DNA of 64,000 nt from assembly GCA_051530055.1 (NCBI GenBank), contig CM121341.1, positions 14,796,784-14,860,783 on the forward strand. The letters are read 5' to 3'. A program made the position numbers and the translations under genes. This document shows, piece by piece, positions 38,935-51,143 of the stretch. Position 1 is the stretch's first letter; every line of letters begins with the position of its first letter. A model generated the notes under the pieces. The model ran no database searches. It saw only the letters and a program-made list of their open reading frames with translations, and was not told where the DNA came from. Source of the DNA: Neoechinorhynchus agilis (lineage: Eukaryota > Animalia > Acanthocephala).

Positions 38935-41354
38935 ACGAAGATTTCAGGAATCACTATAGTGTACAGATGAAAGAAATACAGTTATTGGCAGTCAATATAT
39001 CAAATACTGGAATAAAAGTGAGAGAAAACGAGCACGGATCACAAATACATTAGTATTCTAAAGGATAGATGCACATTACTTTTAGGGCGAAATGCAAATT
39101 CTTAGAAGTAAAAATAACGAAAAATCTAAATTTATTTTAAACTTTTTTAATTGCATTCGGTTGAAGGAATCATGAAAGTACAAACACAACAATTTGCGGT
39201 GATTGGCGATCTTAGTTTTCGGAACTATAAATGTGGATTTCACATAAAAGAAGAGAATGGGTTTTTATTCTCTAGGTGCCAGTAGCTTTCTGTTGGCTCA
39301 AATAATATGCTTTTAATTGTGCAATGCAGTTGCCTTAAGAGGAATATGAATTTTTGCTTAGGTCTGCGTGTTCATAGTATTCAAGGCAACTAGCGATTTT
39401 TGGAAAGGTTGCTAAAGCATCATTCAAGAAATGTAATAATTTGAAAAACGACGCATACAAAGGAAGTTTCTCTGATTTCTCCACTTTTTAATTTTTTTTG
39501 CATACAAGTTAGGTGGGTTTATAGTTTCATCAGCGCTTCCATTCATCGGCGCTGGCCAAAATGCTAGCCGCATTGCCCCGCTATGCTTATTTTTTGCGCC
39601 AAGAACGACGTCGATCTTGGCTCTCCAGTCGCTGCGTTGATTCGTTTCCCCAAGTCCTTCAGGAGGGCTAGTGCCGACCCTCCCAAGGCCCCATACGTTT
39701 CCATACTGAAGGGGACAAAATGGTAATTTCTTGTTAGCTCCCTGTATTTTGATCATTTCCGATCCTCTGCAGCCGTAGATTGCCCGCTCCTAAACTAATA
39801 TGCTTGTCGCAAAATTAGAAACTGAGTAATTGAGCCAATGAAAACGTAGTAGCGCTTAGAGTGAATCTATTTTCTTCGTCATCTAGAAATCCTTAAAGAT
39901 AAACGATAAGGTATTTACGCTAGAGTTAAGTTCATTTTACATTTAAAAAAAAATTGCCAAATCTTTTTTAAAAATAAAAACTTGTTAAAATTTATTCTAT
40001 GTCTTCATCCAACCTGACTGAGATAAACCGAAATCTGGAGTTTTCCACATAATACTTTTCAGGTTTTGAATCTACGTTCGATATTTCCGACCAATTTAAG
40101 TCTGCATCATCGGTACCAATTAAAATACTGCAATGCATTAAGCAACCTTGCTATTGAAATCTAACGATTCCCTCAGAGCTTTTTCTCGCACAACCATATC
40201 GGTGGGCTCGGTGCCCAAGGAAATTTATCAGCCGTGAAAATAGGTTTCACTTCAGCACAGAATAAATGTAACCGACTAGCCAGACTTAAAAGATAAAATA
40301 TTTGAATATTTTTACCTAACATTGGCGGTTTTCCCCGGGGCCCAACTAATGTTTCAGCGACCGCTATATATTATGCGCAGAATTATTGCTCCTCCGAGAG
40401 ATAGGCAAATTTATTAACAATTACAATCGTTTTTCGACCACTTAAAAATGCATATAAACGTTAGTGTATTTTATAACTGAATTTAATATAGACTTTTTAA
40501 TTGTTTCGTAACTTTCTTGGGCTAAAATTCCAAAGAGTCCGCATTCGTGCGTGGTACAAGGAATAGGTTAATTGTATTTTGATTCCGTGATTTTGTTCAT
40601 TTACTATTCATGTTAAGAGTTAAGAGTTTCACTATTATAACACAAGTATAAAAAGAGCATATTTCTTTACATTTTAGACATCCTGCAAAATTCTTAGTAG
40701 ACCCGTGATAGAATAAATAACGAATTAAAAGTTACCTATGATTGTTTGGAAAGAATTCCTTTAAAACGTAGAACAAGCGGAATGTTTTAATGAACTTTAC
40801 TTATGGAATTGTACAAATTAAATTTTTGACAACATATTGAATCTAATTTTCTCGGATTTTTTCCGATATGCTTTAAAGTTCACAAACAAAAAAACCGCAC
40901 CGCTTTTAAATTCGAAGTGTCCCCTGTAATTTCTAGTGAAAGTCTAGTCAAATCATGAACTCAATAAATGGCACCTAAAATTTTAGTCAACTTTATTAAC
41001 AGTATCTGACATAGCATAGTCAAACCTTTGACTGTTCTATTAGATCGAAGATTTTTCAAAAACGGTTCGCTGAAACATTGAGCAAATAAAATGATATATT
41101 TAGCAGTGACCATGCATTTCACAAATAAAAGTGAGACAACATCTCAAATCTAATTTTTGAGCTGCTTAAATATTTACTACGGGCGATAGAATGTTATATT
41201 TTCCCCCGTTTTTGAAACAAAATCACCGCGATATTTTTGGAATAATTCATGAAAATAGTTGAGAATTGTGAATTTCGCACTAAATGACCAATGCTTTGAT
41301 TGCATGTCTCGCTGAGAGTTGTGATTTATAAAATGTGACTCGCACTCATGCTTC

Positions 41355-42199
41355 TTATCCGTCTTTATGTTCTTGCTGCCGAACAATAAGTATTTCGTCG
41401 AGTTGTGCAATTCTGTTCTTGCAGGATTGACATATACAATTCATAATGTCATACCACTTTCTACTCAGATCCTCATTCATTGCTCTCAGTCTGCTACATT
41501 CATGTTCGAGCTCCTTCGCTTTTTCGGCCGTCTGAATCTCCCGTTGCCGTTTGTTTTCTCTGGACCGCTTAGCAGATTCGTTGTTTTTCGCTCGGCGTTC
41601 ATAATACTTTGCGTCTTTTGTCTCGATTTGTTTTGGTCTCTTAAAAAGGCGATAGCGAAAAAGCGACATTATGTTCATGATAAATAAAATACCCTAGTTC
41701 TCTTTTTTCGCCCGTTTCCATCACTAATGTCGGGCGTGCTTTGGCTCAGTACATCTATCATATCAACACTCATGGTGGCCATAGATTCTGGGTTGTTGTT
41801 TTGTTGTGTTTGCCGCTGTGGTGGCGGTGGCTGCATAATGAAATTGTTTGAGAGCATTTGCAGTGCTTGGTTGTTTGCCTGATAACCGTGGTCCCCAGGA
41901 CTGAACGGGTTTACCAGAGGTATGCTCGAAGCCGGATAGGCCATTTGAGTGTTCATCTGGTACCGAGTATTAGACTGATCTGGTTCAAACCAAATGTCAC
42001 TAAAGTGGTCCAAGGATCCGAGGCAATTTGCGCTTTGGGAATATGGAATCGGATTGTACATTCCGCCATAGTTTTGATCAGCGGAAACAGGATTGTACAG
42101 TGAAGGACCTGGACGTCCGAGGTAAATGAGGGAAGGAAGGTAAAACCGACCAGGATTGGAGCTCGGTTCGCCAGAGTGATTGACCGGCGGGATGCGCAT
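41355..42199 (-). CDS. bZIP transcription factor, PAR/NFIL3-like basic region (exons 42199-41693, 41639-41355)
   Basis: KDAKYYERRAKNNESAKRSRENKRQRE followed by a heptad zipper; a 53-nt phase-0 GT-AG intron; Pro/Gln/Asn-rich N-terminus. Confidence 0.88.
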
Positions 42200-42789
42200 G
42201 ATTGGGGCGCGCTGGATTCAGACTTTTATTCACGTAACTCTCTTGTGCTATATGTTTGTAACGATGGTAGTGGTGGTGGTGGTGGCGACGTTTGTCTAGT
42301 TTTGTGGTCTTTGCGTCGGAAAAAAGCAGTCAGGCCACTATTGCTGAGTGCGTTTGGTTCCACCGCTCTGTTGTGCTCTGTTCGCTGCTTCTCGCCACAC
42401 AGTATCGCCTGAAAAAGCTATACCAAAAGAGCAAGAATCACACACACTTTTTACATCTCGGTTCGTTGGGATAGTCGTTTTTGTCTCGTCGATAAAGTAT
42501 CTAAGTTGTTGCGTAAGTCCACCTTTTTTATTTATGTGAATACGCAGTTGACATGACGGCTGAAACCAGCGGTAGTCCGGCTTTAGAGTTCGCTTGGTAA
42601 ATATAAATTGCGGCTATTTACGATACCTAGAAAGAATATTGAATTGAGAAAAGGTGAATTATGCTAATTTTTAGGAAATCCTAAGAAACGAATACAGTTT
42701 GCAATGCTTAATTATGTAAAATTGTTTGTAAAACCTTAATTGTTATTTAAATGGGCTAAGCCTGCAAATTCCAGAAAACCATCATTAAG

Positions 42790-43520
42790 GTGAAATATCT
42801 TTATCCTCCATTGCCTCGTGGAGCCAGCATTCCCTTTTTGAATCGCACAACTAATTCTCCACTGAAAATAATTTGGATGTACAGGGTTCCAACTTTGGTT
42901 AAAAATTCTGCGGCGCATCGTCCAACGGCATCAGCTGTCTCAATGGTGAGAGGTTAGAAAATGTAGAACGATAGATACCCTTTGGTTTGAAGATTGAATT
43001 GTTCCTGTTTGTTTATGGCTGAAAAAGCAAAGGAATTTTATTAAATCCGATATGTTTAAAATATAATTCATTGTTATTTGTCGATAGGAGAGATAAATGT
43101 AGTCATGTTGAAAAGATAGGATGCGACTCCCACCGGATGTTATGCGACGCGTGAATTGAGAATCCCTATGTATGTGTTTTAGATCGCTGAAGAAGATCCG
43201 AGATAGTGGATCGAAATATCAAATCAATAAATTCTTAATTCCATTTATCTTTTGAATCCGATATTTCGGCACAATCTTGTGCCCTTCCTTATCAAGGTTA
43301 CTTGTGATTTTTCTAATGCTTCTGAAACTGCAATAAAAACGTTGCGGTTCGCAATCGTATTCGGGCAGGTGAAGTACCAAGGAGAAAACCTCTTTCCTAC
43401 GGGCCGTCATCTCTCCTTAAACCGACTGGCTCTAGTATGTCAAAGCTCGACGTTTTAAAGCATTCACCGTGCTGTGGCGATTGTGGCTTACTATCCGGAG
43501 TCAATGTTGATATTTTCAAA
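42790..43520 (-). mobile_element. CRE-like non-LTR 3' remnant interrupted by a PLE tail
   Basis: RHSTVNAL..LEPVGLRRDDG, ETADAVGRCAAEFL and RISCAIQKGNAGS (the family QRGNA motif). Confidence 0.7.
43165..43235 (+). ncRNA. PLE tail with a minimal hammerhead-like core
   Basis: TGTTTTAGAT..CTGAAGA (43187-43193), an extra A, stem II GATCC/GGATC, GAAA-TA-TC and AAATCAATAAAT; collinear with 2705-2775. Confidence 0.68.
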
Positions 43521-43823
43521 TTTTTCAATCTTATAATATAGATGCAATGAAGTACCACCAGAGGCTCATTAGGTGACTCCTGAAATAGTGCAAAATCAAT
43601 AATGCGAATGCATTTTTCCAAGAAGCTTGATCAGCGTACAATTTTGAAATTAGAAATATGGACAAGATAAACATCCGGACTTATGGTTATCAACGCATAA
43701 TCTTACGTTTTTCGATATTTCATTACTTAATCAAACGAACTTTCTAGAATGCTTTACCGATTTTAGACAATTCGCAGGCATCTGAATAATGCAATAGCAC
43801 ATTAATGATTTTGTACATCCCTT

Positions 43824-43894
43824 CGGATCCTATGATATATTCAGGAGCCAGTACTCATTAGTGAGCTGCCTTCTTTCAGGGGTATTTCGTCCTC
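43824..43894 (-). ncRNA. Degenerate copy B of the strand-scrambled hammerhead-like element
   Basis: Minus strand reads AGGAC-GAAA-TACC..CTCA-CTAATGA-GTACT..TATC-ATAGGATCCG; the core carries a G5A change. Confidence 0.5.
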
Positions 43895-43932
43895 TTTCGT
43901 TGTGCGCATCCGCGGTCGTGAATTTGAACACC

Positions 43933-43999
43933 TGGGACGAAATGCCGCTAAAAGAAAGAAACTCACTGATGAGCCCCACCTCCTGCAAGTATCTGAGGT
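43933..43999 (+). ncRNA. Candidate hammerhead ribozyme with non-cyclic (S2-S1-S3) strand order, copy A, core intact
   Basis: TGGGAC-GAAA-TGC (43933-43945), CTCA-CTGATGA-GCCCCA (43962-43978) and GTA-TC-TGAG (43989-43997) form stems II, III and I around a complete core. Confidence 0.6.
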
Positions 44000-45011
44000 T
44001 TGGGGTGATGGTGAGACAAACGCTCACAGAAATCAACAATAGCAGACCGCAAGAAACTTCTCGTACCCTTTGATTAGCAGTTTTCTACTTTTGTGGTCAC
44101 GGCCCAAACATAATTGCACAACTCGACGAAATATTGTTCGGCAGCAAGAACATAAAGACGGATAAGAAGCATGAGTGCGAGTCACATTTTATAAATCACA
44201 ACTCTCAGCGAGACATGCAATCAAAGCATTGGTCATTTAGTGCGAAATTCACAATTCTCAACTATTTTCATTAATTATTCCAAAAATATCGCGATGATTT
44301 TGTTTCAAAAAACGGGGGAAAATATAACATTCTATCGCCCGTAGTAAATATTTAAGCAGCTCAAAAATTAGATTTGAGATGTTGTCTCACTTTTATTTGT
44401 GAAATGCATGGTCACTGCTAAATATATCATTTTATTTGCTCAATGTTTCAGCGAACCGTTTTTGAAAAATCTTCGATCTAATAGAACAGTCAAAGGTTTG
44501 ACTATGCCATGTCAGATACTGTTAATAAAGTTGACTAAAATTTTAGGTGCCATTTATTGAGTTCATGATTTGACTAGACTTTCACTAGAAATTACAGGGG
44601 ACACTTCGAATTTAAAAGCGGTGCGGTTTTTTTGTTTGTGAACTTTAAAGCATATCGGAAAAAATCCGAGAAAATTAGATTCAATATGTTGTCAAAAATT
44701 TAATTTGTACAATTCCATAAGTAAAGTTCATTAAAACATTCCGCTTGTTCTACGTTTTAAAGGAATTCTTTCCAAACAATCATAAGTAACCTTTAATTCG
44801 TTATTTATTCTATCACGGGTCTACTAAGAATTTTGCAGGATGTCTAAAATGTAAAGAAATATGCTCTTTTTATACTTGTGTTATAATAGTGAAACTCTTA
44901 ACTCTTAACATGAATAGTAAATGAACAAAATCACGGAATCAAAATACAATTAACCTATTCCTTGTACCACGCACGAATGCGGACTCTTTGGAATTTTAGC
45001 CCAAGAAAGTT

Positions 45012-45420
45012 TACAAGTGGTTAGGTGGTTATTCTGCCCCCACATGCGCTTATGGTTGATATTGTATTGTTTCATTTTGTAAGTTATAAAGACAGAGTTT
45101 GTAACCTCGTTGGTCATTCATGTCCGGTCTCTGCTTTTTGATTAAGAAGGCTTCCTTAATTAAGCGTCGAAAGGTATTATGTTTACTTGATAAAACCTTG
45201 ACGATACCACCCTCTACGTATTGGACCGTTTATTCTCCCCCAATATCGTCTTCAGATTCCGGCCTGTTTGTCTAATGTAATTTTGCCTTTGCGTTGGCTA
45301 CAAGAAACTTTTGACAACAGGACTTTTCTACCTCCTGGTATTTCCGGGAAATGAGGTTTTCTGTTAGCACATAAGGTCGAAAATAAAGTTGGCATTTTAT
45401 CGATAGACCGTTTCCGAAAT
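45012..45420 (-). mobile_element. Penelope-like GIY-YIG C-terminal remnant
   Basis: KVLSSKHNTFRRLIKEAFLIK resembles HRLIKESIHI of the PLE fragment at 48010-48400. Confidence 0.5.
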
Positions 45421-47900
45421 TTGCACTATTTATCTGGAACTTTCTTTTTTATTCTACTAAATTTTATAACCATAAAACACTTAATTCGCTCACACCACGG
45501 CCGCCATACGGATTCTCGAGGCGTTTCCCCGCTGCACGGCGAGTCTAATGTTTTGGCGCAAAAACATTGGTTCGCGATTATCCTTTGTTATTCTTGGCAA
45601 TCGCAGTCCCTTCAGCGCCAAGGCCGTCTCCCCAGCGACCTATAGTTTCGGAGCCGAACGGAGCGAAGATAAAATTTGCAGCGAAGTTGCTGTATTTGGC
45701 AACTTTCCTTCGCTCTGCAGCAGTGGCAACTTTGCCGGCGCCTTTTGTCGCAACTTCGAAGTTGATCCTGGCCAAAGTGTCGATGCATGTCGCGTCCCAC
45801 ATCCCGGAAGTTTTCCATGGAGCTTTCCTAGATTGTTTGACTCGTGGACGTTGTGAATGTTTATGCGGGACAAAACTCTGCTGATTATGTAGTTGAGTGC
45901 CGAGTGTCTCTGGAACCTCCTGGCAGAGCGTCTGCAACAGAGGCCACGTATGCCAGTTTCGTCTACATGTGAGCCACAACGAAATTGGCGCGGGACGCAG
46001 ATATTTAAGCCGAACGGAAGACAAAGTGAGATGCGTAGTGTCTCGTCGTCTATTAATGTTCCAAATCGTTCATTGGACAAAGCTTCGAGCCATTATCCGG
46101 GTCGGGACCTCTCATCTATCTGGTCTATTAAAGAGTTGTAAACCTGATGAACAAGCGGTGAGTTCCAAGATTGCTGTTTGGCGCAGTTCCTGCAGGACTC
46201 GCGGATATTGACGCAAGGAAGGTGGGTAAAGCAAGGTCACTCACACGTCTAATTCCAGAACCAGCGAAAGATGTGGTCAGGGTTGTCTGCCTCCGTGATA
46301 ATTTGCCGAAGTTCACAGTTAGAATGCTCTCAAGTTTGTCGCGTACGAGGATGTCGAGCTTAGCGAAGTCGTTTTGATGGTTTGAGTGGTTCTGAGCTCG
46401 TAGAGAAGCTTCGGTATGTAGAGGTAATTTTTGATGACAAATACTGCCTCGTGCGCTTTTAGCTTTGAAGCCCTCTCAAATAGCAGCTCCAGACTGGGCA
46501 GTGTGTTTTCGATATCCATTGGAACGTTCTCCCCTAGCACGCATGAACTCAGTAAACTGAGTTGATCGAGCTGAATCAGCCTCAAGCCTCGTGCGACGGA
46601 GGTAAAGTCGCGAAGTATGTTGGCCCGGTTCACTCCCTCTATGTTAATTATCAGCATCTCACACATCGAGAAGTTGAGCTCCAAACCAAACGCTGAAATC
46701 GTTTCCGAAATTTTCTTCAGGTTCTTTGAGACAATCTCCAGCTTGTCTCTTGAACTTAGTGATTGAGCCAGCGAGTGTATCGCAAGTAAAAATCCGATCG
46801 GACCCAGAGGATCTTTCTGTTGTACACCGGATTGGCATTAAGTCAAGTTATTCTCGTAGAATAAAAAGTTCTTCGAGTCATAAGCTGTTTTGAAATATGG
46901 AAGAGCTTCCGGAAGGTTATATGAGATTCTATTTAAGAGCACGTTTCTACCCAGTGAATTAAAAGCGTTTCTGAAGTCAATCTTGGGCACAACGGTTTGG
47001 TAGGTAGATGACTACAACAACCGATTTGTATGGGGCGAAATCCCAGGCCTACTTTCTGTGTGATCCGTTTGCATATGACTTTTTGCGGATAATCTTCGCA
47101 AGGTACAGCCTATCGCAATAGGGCGAATTCTCCTTTTTTGAAAGAGCGAACAAGGATGCAGAGAAGTGCTGTGTTGGAATCATACCAAGGTCTCCCCTCA
47201 AGAGCCGATCAATCATTCTGAGCAAAGCGTTTCCTATCGAAATCGCAGCGGATACACTCACCTAAAACACATAATGTCTTTCAGGTGTTGTGGGCGTAGA
47301 CCATCTGCGCCATATCCCGAGCCATGAGTGAAAAAGGAGATCGCTTGTTTTTTTATGCGCAGGAGACTGGCGTGTATTCAGCAGAAACGGTCTGAAGGCA
47401 TTCCGAAGTAATGATAACATCACCTTTTAGTGAGGGACGCTCAAAAGTATCATCCGACGGCCGAGGCACGTGCTTCTAGGGGCCGAGTGTTCCGGGTATT
47501 CCTCGTGCTTGGTTCACTTTTCGAAGATTTCGCCCTCTACAAAAAGGATTCGAAAAGCTCATCATACCCAAGTGCCTGCTCTTTAATCGTTTTCGTGAAG
47601 TTGGTTTTGGAGGACGAGTCGGTGGTACTGAGGACCAAGCGAGGGAGCCGCGTCGAACGGAGAATGCAATATGGGAGAGACTGTCAGTTTCGCGATGTGA
47701 GGAAAGTCGCCCGGTGCTTCCTTGCATCGCGAGGTATCGGTTGATAGATCAGTTGGAGGACCGGTCGTGAATCGTAAGGAGGAGCCCGAGCATCGATAAG
47801 AAACCGGAACATGCACTCTAAAATACCCTGCTCTCGACAAACCTATAATCATATTGAGGATTGCATTCGGGTGTGATTGGATGTGTTGTTATTTAGATCG
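45420..47900 (-). mobile_element. CRE-like non-LTR retrotransposon (RT + CCHC + RLE), longest copy, frameshifted
   Basis: LFALSKK, KIDFRNAFNS, GVQQKDPLGP, GLELNFS, CRCGSHVDETGIRGLCC, RHSALNYII, WDATCIDT and FLRQNIRLAVQRGNA. Confidence 0.9.
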
Positions 47901-48009
47901 CTTGTCAACACCCGAGGGAGACCGCTTTAAAGACGAATGTATACATTTCGATTGATTGAATCAGTCATTGTCAAATCATTCTAAAAAATTACACAGGAAT
48001 TTGTCACAA

Positions 48010-48400
48010 CACTCACGACATGATTATTCATTTTGACTCGGAACGCCAGGATCGTCAACCCCGTAGGCGAAGATCAGTCTCCCTGGGTGCATTTAGACCA
48101 ACTATAAGTAGTTGGAAGGAAACTTTTGCTTTTTTCCATGTTCCATCGTGTTGGCCATTTCAATATGTATCGACTCTTTTATCAGTCGATGGAATTTCCT
48201 ATTTTTGGTACATAGAACGTTGGTTTTGTAGAATCCTATTGAGTTTGTGGTTCGGTGAGCATGATTTAAAATCGCTAAAGTTGCATTGCCACATCGTAAG
48301 GCGTATTTGTGTTCCCGCAGCCGCGTAGTCAAACAACGCATTGTTTTACATACGTAATAGCAAATTATCCGCCTTCCTTCCAAACTTTCAAGCTTTTCAC
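48010..48400 (-). mobile_element. Penelope-like GIY-YIG C-terminal fragment
   Basis: LTTRLREHKYALR..AILNHAH..KFHRLIKESIHIE. Confidence 0.7.
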
Positions 48401-50835
48401 CTCACAAGGGACTTCCTAAACGGGAAAGGCATATCGATCTTCATCCGCTCCTCTCTCCCTTACCATTGCTCTTCACTCTAACTTTTCATCTCCGACGATC
48501 TTGAATGGCTTCACATCCAACTTCATCTCCCCCCTCCGCAATGGCCAACGTGAGATCTCTATCGCTGGCCTTTATCGCCCTCCATCCTCAAACATCCCCA
48601 ACGCACTTCAACAAATAGTCCACCTATTTACTGACCTACTTTCCACTTCCTCAGATCACTTCATCATAATGGGCGATTTTAACAAACTGTCGATCCCGCC
48701 CTCGCTTTCTCATCTCTCTCAACTCGTTACTTTCCCTACATGCTTCTCCTCCCGCCTTGATAAAATTTTCCCAAACATCAGGCAATACTCTTGCACTACC
48801 AAACTTCCCCCGATCGCCTCGTCTGACCATTGTTCAATCCTTCCCTCCCCCACATCACCCCAAAAACGTTCCTTTTCCGACCCCTACGTTGTCTGGGATA
48901 AATGTGATCATCACACCCACGCCTTTGCTGCATGTGTCAATTATCTTATCACGCAAAACCGCTCTACCATCTTTGGCACCGACCCCTCGATTGCAATGGG
49001 CTCATTGTCAAATCTAATAGAATCTGCGATGAAGGCCTCCTTTCCTCGCAAAACAATACGAATATCGAACCGCGACCCTCCATGCTTCTCTCCTTTTCTA
49101 AAAACCCTACAAATCCAGGTCACAAAAGCTTTCCGGTCAGGTAATCCTGCTTACCCCTCCCTCCACTCCACACTGACAAAACGCATCCGTAAAGCCCGCA
49201 AATTACTCCTCTCCTCTCTCGTCCGTTCATAGTCGAAACTGGTGGCGTAGAATAAAAAATGTCACTGGTCTTGGTAGATCCACGCCCTTCGCATGTCTCC
49301 CCAAATCTGATCTCCTCTAAATCCTTAACTCAATGAATAAAACGCTGTCCTCCCCAAACCTCCAATCCATTGTCCCAACCTCCCTTCTCACTTTTTGACC
49401 TGCCCCTCCCGGAATCCTAGAGATCCTTGAAGGCCTGCCTCGCCATTCTTCCTTCGACTATCAGAAATTGGGTCATTCGTTTCATCATCCCGGAACTTAT
49501 CGATCCTCTAACGCACATAACGAACCTTAGCTTTCTACTGGGCTCTTTCCCATCGTATATTAAGGAAGCCTTTGTCGTTCCCCTACCCAAAAACGATAAG
49601 CCGATTCCCCCACATCATTTCGTCACATCTCCCTCCTCTCACCTTTCTCTAAAATCCTAGAAAAATGTTTTAAAACCCGCCTACTTCCCTTCTTCCTCAA
49701 AAACATCTCCCCTTCCCAATTCGCTTTCCGCCCCAATTACTCTTGTTCTGATGTCCTCCTCTGCATCTACGACACGCTTGTGCACAGCTTAGATTCCAGT
49801 CCAGCATCAACCGTCCATCTCGTGCAACTGGATATTTCCAGGGCGTTCGAGTCGGTAGATCACTCCCTTCTCCTCCAAGCATGTGCTTCCTTTGGCCTCC
49901 CAACCTGGCAACTCGCTTGGATTTCCTCTTTCCTCTCCAACCGCGAACAATATGTTCCTCCTCTCTGCCCATATTTAAAGGGGTCCCCCAAGGCGCAGTA
50001 CTTTCACCTCTCCTCTTTGACATTTTTCTAAATGACCTCCATCCCCTTGCTCCCTCTACCAAATATTTTCTTTATGCAGATGACCTCACAGTCATTACCA
50101 TCGCATCTCCCTCTTCAAATCTTTTGAGCTTGTCCCCCACATTTCCAAACGCAATCTTATCCCGGCGCCTCTCCCTCTCCCCATCCAACACAACCTCTTC
50201 TCTCCGAATACTGGGCCTTACTTTACAAGAAAACCTTAAATGGGATGCCCACATTTCATTGACCCTCTCTAAAGCAAACCCTCGTCTTTACCTTCTCAAA
50301 CTCCTCCGGCGTCTCGGCGTATCCCCTGAACACCTTGCCCACTTTTATCTTTCAGTCATCCTTCCCATCCTTACATACGCTTTCCCCACTTTCCTCGCCC
50401 TCCCCGTCAATGCTGTACATTCCCTCGAGACCTTCCACAAGAGAGCAGCGAGAATATGCTGGAAATTACTCCCTCCCCTCACGCCCTCCATCTTCTTCAA
50501 TCCCCTCCACAATTTTCTCCCTTCATCTCTAAATACTCTTCCTTCGTAAACACCCGTAACCCCAACCTTTTTCATCCCCCCCTCGCTCGTACCACCCTCT
50601 ACCAAAAATCTTTCCTCCCCCAAGCCCAATATTTCCTTAATAACCGGAGAACAAGGAAAGACTCCCAATCGGTCATCTCCTTTACAAAGCCTCCGATCGC
50701 ACATAAAACACCCCTTGAAAAACAAGTTCCACCTCCCTTGCCTTCAACATCAGTCATCCAGACACCTTTCAGCAAAGATAGATGCTGGCAAGTGTGTGGA
50801 TCGTGCATTTTTATCTACATAAATAAGACGTGTTT
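48400..50835 (+). mobile_element. L2/CR1-like LINE, 5'-truncated and frameshifted (APE + RT)
   Basis: GLYRPP, IMGDFN, LDKIF, SDH, VVPLPK, QLDISRAFESVDH, GVPQGAVLSPLLF, YADD and LKWDAHI; 3' end AATAAGACGTGTTTAT. Confidence 0.92.
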
Positions 50836-51143
50836 ATATAAAGATGCCCGTGAAAGTTGGGGATATCTTGTTATATAGGCAAAAAGCGACATTTTGAATT
50901 TCCGAGGGTCTTGCGCAGATCGAATTGACAGACTGATTCAGACAAGCGACTTAAATAACAACAAAACGTACAATATTGTCGCAAACGGGACAATCGGCAA
51001 ATCGTTCAAGCCGGTTGTGTTTGATCGTCGCGTAGTTATCTACACATTTCGATGATATCATTTGTACGCTGTTGTATTATACTAGACAGTCGAAGTTAGA
51101 ATTTTGCTGGACTGGAGCCTTTAGACCATAAAATCGTATGTGT

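Larger units (their letters stand above)
40510..45011. repeat. ~905-bp near-perfect inverted repeat: arms 40510-41417 and 44107-45011, ~2.7-kb spacer
   Basis: 44107-45011 is the reverse complement of the last ~60 nt of the bZIP CDS plus the downstream 3' sequence, with few substitutions. Confidence 0.95.

Noticed and set aside
43970-44030. HDV-like ribozyme reading (TGAGC/GCTCA; TGAGT/ACTCA in copy C)
   Set aside because: No consistent P1, P3 or J4/2 across copies, although that pairing could be an alternative fold.
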